DNA of 64,000 nucleotides from Eledone cirrhosa. Its lineage: Eukaryota. Below, in pieces: positions 55,533 to 64,000 of this stretch (position 1 is the stretch's first letter; every line of letters begins with the position of its first letter). Made by a program: the position numbers and the translations under genes. The stretch is from assembly GCA_964016885.1 (NCBI GenBank), contig OZ024741.1, positions 70,246,001 through 70,310,000 of the forward strand, written 5' to 3'. The notes beneath the pieces were generated by a model. The model saw nothing but the letters and a program-made list of their open reading frames with translations, made no database searches and was not told where the DNA came from.

Positions 55533-56010
55533 AGTAAAAAGAAATTCAAACACAAACTGGAGCGAAAGCTGATTTGCTTATTCACGTGACTGCATCAACC
55601 AACCAAACTTCACTCATATATGACAAAACAACCTGAGCCCCCCCCCCCCCCCCCCCTTCTGTTTCTGAAGGCAAATATAATAAGAACTTTGTAACGCGAA
55701 CTGGCGCGAAATTTATTATACTTATTCACCAACCAACCAAATTACTTCTCTAAAAACCTAGCATTTCGAGACACTTTTTTCCATATAAAACAGAAGTAAC
55801 ATTCAAACACCAACCAGATGTGAGAAAAACCACAAAGCCTCCATTTCAATTCTACTTTTGAAAAGCAGATCAACTGCGAAACCGGTAAAGGAACCAAATA
55901 AATATATATTTTTATAAAAAAAGACTCCAGTTGTATTTTCGATTTCATCTTTTTTCCTTATACTCGTGTAGGACACCTCGTTTTTTTTTCATTTTGTAAA
56001 TAAACCTCAC

Positions 56011-56067
<57 letters not shown>

Positions 56068-56071
<4 letters not shown>

Positions 56072-56218
56072 GATAGAACCAGTTTAAAACTAGTTAGATC
56101 ATTACTCAACAGAGTACTCGATATTTGGGATAGTAGAGTATGGCTACATTATAAAGAGTCGGGCCCGACGGCTATTGAAACGGCAAGAGCTCAGCTGTTC
56201 GGCTCCGACTCTTTATAA
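56068..56218. mobile_element. Diverged family A fold-back
   Basis: CAGAGTACTCGATATTTGGGATAGTAGAGT tail; ATTATAAAGAGTCGG...CCGACTCTTTATAAT inverted. Confidence 0.55.
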
Positions 56219-56479
56219 TATTTATTTATGTATGTATGTATATATATCTAGGGCCGGTAAAATTCCCGAGATCCATGGACGAGTTCTCTCCAGCGGTCTC
56301 TGTCCCTCATTATCGCTGCCATGTCCTGCGTCTCCAACAGACCAGTGTCTGTCCTTAGGGCATCAACATATGTTAACCTTGGTCTTCTTTTTCAGTGTGT
56401 CCATGCAGGGGCTCCCACAGGAGCACTGAGTGTAGTGTTAACTCTGGATGTCGGTGTGAAATCCTTGGTACAGTTAGGT

Positions 56480-56760
56480 ATATTTGAAAAAAGGAAAAGA
56501 ATGACTTCACTTGCAGTTCTAAACAATTTAATTTTATAATATTACAATTTTACAATTTGTCGATCTAGTAAGTCTTTGTTAACTTCGATGGGGAGTTTTA
56601 TTTTAAGATTCCTGGTTAACTTTCCTGGAGAACTTTCTTGCATTCGTCGGTGGCGATTGTCAAAGTGATCTACAAAACAAAATTGTAAAATTGTAATATT
56701 ATAAAATTAAATTGTTTAGAACTACAAGTGAAGTCATTCTTTTCCTTTTTTTTTCGAATA
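56480..56760. mobile_element. Fold-back insert with ~80-bp inverted arms
   Basis: GAAAAAAGGAAAAGAATGACTTCACTTG...TTACAATTT and its reverse complement at ~56680-56760. Confidence 0.65.
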
Positions 56761-57010
56761 TATATATATATATATACATAAGAGAGAGAGAGGGAGAGGA
56801 GAGAGAGAGAGAGGGAGAGAGAGAAGGAGAGAGCGAGAGAGAGATTGAAAGAGAATGAAGAAAATTATAGATAAACACACATAGATATGTATTCGAACAT
56901 TCTAGTATAACAAAGTCAAAAACATAGAAGGAACAATAATAGAGAACAGCATAATCTCCAACCGTAATGTAATTAATGTTAGAATTTGTTTCTATGAAAT
57001 CAGAAAAAAC

Positions 57011-57046
57011 GTTTAACGTTTCGGACACTAGTTCTTCATCAGGAGA
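57011..57046 (-). ncRNA. Hammerhead-like motif (PLE pLTR remnant)
   Basis: Minus strand CTGATGA-AGAAC-TAGT-GTCC-GAAACGTT; stem I is degenerate. Confidence 0.5.
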
Positions 57047-57889
57047 TTGATACAGGGAGGAGAGGTGGTGTTTGGGAGAGAGAAAGAAAGGGAAGACAGG
57101 CAAGAGAAAAAGAACAGTGCGGGGGGCTGTGACAGAAGAAATCAAGTGTAGAAAAGAAATATAGGTATAGTCGAATATACTGAACTTAGTGCTTGGTTGG
57201 TGTATCGAATGTTACTTATTTTATTGATTTTGGGAAAGATAAAAGGCAAAGTAGAGCATGGCTGAATTTACATTCAGATTGTAAATGCTCAACTACTACA
57301 AGATATTTTGTGCCAGATTTTATCGATTTCATCTTCCACTATTTGGTAGTCTCGACATCTTGAAATATTTAACCGAATAAGCCGCGAAGAGATTCCATAT
57401 TATATTTCTTTTGCTCTTGATTAATTTACCACAAACCTTTTCTTTTTCATTTAAAAAAAAAATGCTTAATCAGGAAGAGAAGGGCAGGGCCCGTGACCCT
57501 TTTAAGGGTTTCTGGAACTGGTGGGTGGGTGAGGAAAGGGGAGGAAGGCATCCTCTGACAGGAAACCTGTCCCGAATGCTTGCAATAAAAGGCACCTAAG
57601 GACTAAGTGGTGGTGGTGGTGGTGGTGGTATTAAATTGGGAGACGAGAATGTAAAATCTCCCTACTCACCCCCCACCCTCTACACATTTCAATCCCCACC
57701 CTCGCATCATCCGACTCATTTCTCGTAATTCGAAGGTTTTACGTTGACTTCAAACTTACTTTTTATTACACATTTATTTCAACATTGTCCAAATGTGGCG
57801 CGATGTAAACCTATGAACATTTGAAAGCAAATCCTATTTATAAATTTTGGTTCAGTCTGCTACATTTCTTGCATACACACACACACACA

Positions 57890-57936
<47 letters not shown>

Positions 57937-58095
57937 TCTCTCACTCTTTCTCTCTCTCTCTTTCTCTCTCTCTCTCTCGCTTTCACACACACACAGACAG
58001 ACACACACATACACGCACTCTTTCTCTCCCCTCTCCTTCTCACTCACACACACACACAGACAGAAGAAACACACATGCACACACACACACACACA

Positions 58096-58166
<71 letters not shown>

Positions 58167-59552
58167 CTCTCTCCTCCCTCTCTCTTACACACACACAAAC
58201 ACACAATAATAATGATAATAGTAATAATAATGATACACAATAAAAAAAAAAAGTAAATAAGTAAATAAATAAATCTATTGCCACCTATCTTCTTCTTTCT
58301 GCCACTCATGGTCTTTTTAGTTATATATTTATTTGTTTGGTCGGGTTTTACCATGTTTCCAAGGTAACAGCATTCATGTGGACAAAATGGACACTAGAAT
58401 AAGAGTAAGAGATACGAATGTTAAATCCGTTCACTTGTTAAAGAAATCAAAATGGCAGTTTTACGACATGTTTGAAACTCTCGTTTAGTCGAGAGTTATA
58501 TTTCAATTGATCGAACGAATAACCAGCCGACCAGCTAGACAAGCCAACCAACTGACAAACCGAGCAGCCATTCAAGTCGGGACGGATGGATTAATTCTTT
58601 CGTTACCATATTTCTAATGAAAAACATTGCCCATGACTTTCCAATAGTTTTGTAAATAAACAGTAAGGGATTTAGTAAAATAACTAACTTCCTCATTGTT
58701 AGGTTGCTTTTTTAGAACCAGACCTGGTGTAGATGTGTGTGTATTAGATGATACTTTGATAAGTTCAGGTAACACACGGTGTCTCAAGTGCTGTAAATCT
58801 GGAATTGTATCCAGCTAAGTAATATCCTCTGCCAAATACTGAATAGATATAGTAAAATGAGACAATTTAGCTAAGTAAACCCTGTTTCACAGATGTTAAA
58901 GAAAGGTTATAAAAAACATATGACAGATTTTTAACTCATACATATTTTTGCAAATATAATTTAATGAAAATTTCTTGATTAAAATAAATTTTCCGTTAAA
59001 ATAAAATTAAAACAGCTTATATGAAATCATGATGGCAGGTTTTTAGACAAATATAAAGACCTGAAAAGAAACAGTTTTGCATCATCGAACCAGGGTAGTT
59101 TCATGTGGTTTGATATCAAAAGGGTTAAAAACGAAGAAATGTGTGGATTAGAGAAAAGCAGTAAGATGTGTCAGGAAGAAAAGTTCGAGGGTAGTCTTCG
59201 TCGTTCTAAGATAATGTTCAAGCTATATTTCGTGAATAATGCTATCCGTCATTTGTTTGGTAGAAATTTTGTTTCTATTTTTACAGAGCTCATGTATAAT
59301 ACAATCCTAGCTTTTTAGCAATCCTGGTAAGCTTATTATAGTGGTACATTTCAGTAATGGGTAAAATATTTGACACGTTTTTTGTTTTAAGAAATATCGA
59401 GAAAATCGACTTAAACGGTTCCGTGATAATATACGGTAGGTTACGGTCACGGAAAATGTATGAACACCAAACTTTCTAAACACATGCCTGTGCATAGTGC
59501 GATCACTTGTTTTTTGCGTAAAAATCCACCATAATAGTAAGCCACGTGTGTT

Positions 59553-59599
<47 letters not shown>

Positions 59600-59602
<3 letters not shown>

Positions 59603-59970
59603 AGTAACTCTTTAAAATTTACACACATCGCTATTTCAGAGCACCAATCCTAATACCTAATTTTTGCTGGCCGGCAATCGCTCTGTATAATCACTTCCTG
59701 ATTATTACTGGAATTCTATAAGAATCCAGCTTCTATAATGTTCAGCGAAAACAAGGGAGGACATTTGTCTGATGAACGCCAACCAGCGTGAAACAGACTG
59801 TCAGCTTCTCTCCCTTCTTTCGCCGAAAAGAAGTAAGTGACATAGAAACTACTTTAAAACTGATAGCGTATGGTCTTCTAAATGTTTTTAATTAAACATA
59901 CAGTATATTGCCAAACATACTATACATACATTCATGTATACATCGCTATTTCAGAGCACCAATCCTAATA
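59600..59970 (+). mobile_element. Family D ~1.1-mer with HHR at ~59766-59805
   Basis: CATCGCTATTTCAGAGCACCAATCCTAATA at 59626 and 59941 (period 315); CTGATGAACGCCAACCAGCGTGAAACAGACTGTC. Confidence 0.8.
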
Positions 59971-59985
59971 TATATATATATATAT

Positions 59986-60091
59986 AAACGGAAAAAATGA
60001 AACGAAATTTCATTTCTCACTCTTAGTACGGCTGTTACTTAAATATAAGTATGTATACGTACATACATATATGTATACAGACGTACAGTAG

Positions 60092-60133
<42 letters not shown>

Positions 60134-60580
60134 CATGCACATATATATATATATGTACGTATGGATTCACCGAACATTTATTATAATGCTCGGTGTGTTT
60201 GTAAACAAACATCCCGAATTAAGCCGTACAGTGTCTAGCAACCATCGTTGCTCATTTGTTCAACCCTGACAAAGGAACGCTGTACTAGTTTCAAGCTTAT
60301 TAGCTATCGTCAGCAATGTATACCTTCCTGCCAGATGATTGAACGTCTGAAAATATATACTTTCCTTATGCATATTAACGGTTGTCAGGGTTGAACAAAT
60401 GAGCAACGATGGTTGCTAGACACTGTACGGCTTAATTCGGGATGTTTGTTTACAAACACACCGAACATTATAATAAATGTTCGGTGAATCCATACATACA
60501 TATATATATGTGTGCATGTATGTATATATATATACATACTACTGTACGTCTGTATACATATATGTATGTACGTATACATA

Positions 60581-60584
<4 letters not shown>
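59986..60584. mobile_element. Sister subfamily of the 494-bp retrozyme, single two-arm copy (HHR on - at 60277-60319)
   Basis: Collinear with the array unit; inversion at ~60383-60386 after ATTAACGG; same two termini as the array. Confidence 0.85.
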
Positions 60585-60638
<54 letters not shown>

Positions 60639-60644
<6 letters not shown>

Positions 60645-60770
60645 TAACAGATTAAAGTTTAAGCAAAGAATCGGTGGTTTCACCCTTAACGGGGTCTTCT
60701 GAAACTCAGATCCCGTTAAGGGTGAAAGCAGCGATTCTTTGCTTAAACTTTAATCTGTTATTTTAATAAA
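60639..60770. mobile_element. PLE-like family B fold-back
   Basis: Same arms as 4410-4535. Confidence 0.7.
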
Positions 60771-60879
60771 TATATATATACACAAATTTGCATACCTTTT
60801 GATGTCTATAGATATAAACGTGCCGACACACACACATACATAAACGCACACATGCATTGCACACTGATGGGCACATACA

Positions 60880-61150
60880 TATTTGTACACAAGTATTCCA
60901 ATACGACAAGGCCTAATGAATTCCCCTTGCAGTACGTACAATCTGGACACACCCCAGATACATATTTGTACACAGGTATACAATTTCTGGACACACTCCA
61001 GATACATGTGTACAATTTGTACACAAGTATACAATTTGTGCACAGGTATACAATTTCTGGACACACTCCAGATACATATTTGTGCACAGGTATTCCAATA
61101 CGGCAAGGCCTAATGGATCCCCCTTGCAGTACGTACAACCTGGACACACT
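60880..61150. repeat. Complex minisatellite-like repeat (CTGGACACACTCCAGATACATATTTGTACACAGGTAT)
   Basis: Several degenerate copies plus a duplicated CAAGGCCTAATG..CCCCTTGCAGTACGTACAA block. Confidence 0.6.
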
Positions 61151-61391
61151 CACACACACCTTGGTATTTATTATGCCAATACTATATATCATTTCACACC
61201 TTTTATTATTAAGATTTTTGATGTTCTATTGAGAGAATCGATTTTACTGAAAATATCGAATAATGTACACCATTTTACCAGAAATAAATACTGGTCCACC
61301 CACACACACACACACACATTCTCACACACACACACACATATATACACACACACATACACACGCGTACATTAACATACAAAGAGACATATAT

Positions 61392-61439
<48 letters not shown>

Positions 61440-61561
61440 CTCCGTATAAGACAAGAGCTGAAACATGTTAAAATATCCCCCACACACTTACAGACACATT
61501 CCTACTGACCATCCTTCTACCACGAATTACTCTGCTACACACACACACACACACACACACA

Positions 61562-61645
<84 letters not shown>

Positions 61646-62186
61646 CTTGTCTTAATAGGCATTTGAACTGTCAACAGGCTGCGGTTCGCACACACATCCC
61701 TGCTGACCATTATCACAACAACGAACCTCTTTATTACTACTACACACACACACACATACACATATTTGTTGTGAAAGACTTATTTCTCAGTGACTTCTTA
61801 ATCAGGCGACACAAACCTACATTTGGCGCAAAATCAATTTTTTACATTCACATGACCTCTACCGACCAATCAAAATTTTTTGACCACAAGAATTTTTGCA
61901 ACACGAATTGGCGCAAAACTTATTTTAATACCGCTGGAGCCACTTTTTTAACATAAAAACAGGTAGAATTCCCAAAACTAATCAGATCAGAGCAAACATC
62001 ACGAACGCTCTATCTCAAAATTATTTTTGAAAAGCATTAGAAATGCGCAACCGGTAAAACTTAAAACCAAAACTGAATACTAACCAATACTATTACTAAT
62101 TCTCACTTATTCCTAATTAAACTATTTTTCACTGTGAACAATTTGTCAGCATTTTCTTTTCCGTTTACCGATATATATATATATAT

Positions 62187-62345
62187 TAGGATTGGTGCTC
62201 TGAAATAGCGATGTATACATGAATGTATGTATAGTAATCTGTTATTTTAATAAATATTTGCTCTAGGGTTCTTATATATTTGATATATATTTATCCTTAT
62301 CGAGCCCTCTTTGGATTTTAGTCTTCAAATTTATTATTATTACTA
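62187..62345. mobile_element. Chimeric two-arm insert: family D end (-) fused to family B end (+)
   Basis: 62187-62236 is the reverse complement of 59918-59968; 62237-62345 is the reverse complement of 42620-42731. Confidence 0.8.
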
Positions 62346-62355
62346 TATATATATA

Positions 62356-62820
62356 TAGAAGTGGTTACACAACAGTTAGTTCACCATACCGAGAACAATT
62401 GTTTCACCTTAGCGGATCTTCAGCTCGGAATGGGCATGGTTTTAGGAACAGGAAGGACGACCGTACGAATGCGCATGCGCAGAAAATCGGTCACTTCCCA
62501 CAGGCAATACTAGACTGCGTGCGAGAGGTGTAAGGGAGATAACTGCGAAAGTCCGAAAAGTTTTTAGGTTGAAAATAAAATTACAAAGAATCAGTCCGGA
62601 GCCTTGTAGTTATGCAATAGGTGTTTGGCGACGTGTGGACAACGTGTGAAAAATTCACTTCTCGTGTTTAGGCAATCACTATTGCGTAATCTCTTTAGAA
62701 TAGTTATTCGTTCGTCAATACATAAGTGAACTAACTGTTGTGTAACCACTTCTACCTAACTCGTCCCTTGGACTGAGTGTTCTACCTCTACGGATATTAC
62801 CTTCCAGTGTTCCACCACTA
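62356..62820. mobile_element. Family E two-arm insert, HHR on - at 62389-62428
   Basis: CCGAG-CTGAAGA-TCCG-CTA-AGGT-GAAAC-AATT-GTT-CTCGG; TAGAAGTGGTTACACAACAGTTAGTTCAC is inverted at ~62726-62754, followed by a tail. Confidence 0.75.
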
Positions 62821-63452
62821 TATAGATAAATATATATATATATATATATATGTTTGAAGAATAATCAGACAAACTTTATCCAATTTTTTCTTCTTAGTCC
62901 GTAGAAATCAACTAGATGAATAATCATTTAAACGGAGCTAAGTTTAAAATGTAACTTTGAATAAATAACAGATAAATGTTATCGATATTCCTTTATGAAG
63001 AACAGTCAGATAAGATTTACCTAGTCTTTCCTCTTAGTCCGTAGAAGTCAACTATATATATTGTATCACAAATCAGCAATTATTTGCTTTTATATATGTA
63101 TATATGCATAAACCTCGTTATATATATGTGTGTATATATACAGCTAATTTGTTGAGTTCTTCGATTTTGTGCGAAGTTCTTTGTTTGAATTCGACCTGCA
63201 AACCACACTTATTAGTCTACGATAGAATTCTTCTTCTTTTTCATTAGAAGCAGAGAGTGTGAATGGCAACAACTACTAGATGTCCTGTCCAAAACACAGC
63301 CACCGTATCTGTTATTAATTAAATGTGTGCACTCTGAACAGCTGATTATAGCTGCGTTAATGCAATCCGGCAGATTCATTGAGTGAGCTAGACATTAGCC
63401 GGAGAATGTTGACTTAATATCAGCGATCTTTGTTATCTTTATACATACATAG

Positions 63453-63484
<32 letters not shown>

Positions 63485-63485
<1 letters not shown>

Positions 63486-63945
63486 AGTATGTACACGTAC
63501 ATACATATATGTATACAGACGTACAGTAGTATGTATATATATATACATACATGCACACATATATATATGTACGTATGGATTCACCGAACATTTATTATAA
63601 TGCTCGGTGTTAATACGTTCAACAATCTGGCAGGAAGGTATACGTTGCTGACGATAGCTAATAAGCTTGAAACTAGTACAGCGTTCCTTTGTCAGTGTTG
63701 AACAAACGAGCAACGATGATTGCTGGACACTACGGCTTAATACGGGATGTTTGTTTACAAACACACCGAGCATTATAATAAATGTTCGGTGAATCCATAC
63801 GTACATATATATATGTGTGCATGTATGTATATATATATACATACTACTGTACGTCTGTATACATATATGTATGTACGTGTACATTCTTATATTTAAGTAA
63901 CAGCCGTACTAAGAGTGGGAAATGAAATTTCGTTTCATTTTTTCC

Positions 63946-63950
<5 letters not shown>
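63485..63950. mobile_element. Sister subfamily of the 494-bp retrozyme, two-arm copy
   Basis: Inverted short arm 63485-63610 plus sense arm ~63615-63950; same two termini as 59986-60584. Confidence 0.85.
63642..63684 (+). ncRNA. Minimal type I hammerhead ribozyme
   Basis: ACGTTG-CTGACGA-T-AGCT-AATA-AGCT-T-GAAAC-TA-GTA-CAGCGT. Confidence 0.85.
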
Positions 63951-63993
<43 letters not shown>

Positions 63994-64000
63994 ATATATT

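Overview
AT-rich, microsatellite-dense eukaryotic DNA with no recognisable host exon. The tRNA-derived SINE family and the repeat landscape suggest an octopod cephalopod (inference). Almost all ORFs in the track are microsatellite artefacts. The real coding remnants are retroelement fragments: a Tx1/L1-type ORF2 (21087-22962, -), an R4/Dong-type RLE end (16811-17581, -), RTE-like ends, and a Penelope-like element (PLE) GIY-YIG endonuclease tail (51544-51776). The main signal is non-coding. Many (TA)n tracts carry short inserts that hold minimal type I hammerhead ribozymes (HHRs) or hammerhead halves, from roughly a dozen sequence families. The centrepiece is a 5.1-kb array at 35482-40629 of a ~494-bp unit with one HHR per unit (10 in total). 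The units are nearly identical and form two divergent arms joined at a 6-bp microhomology, which fits a non-LTR retrozyme-type element. The same two-arm fold-back design recurs across families, with reproducible long and short 3' ends, and some insertions join arms from two different families. All HHR calls come from manual folding; activity is untested.
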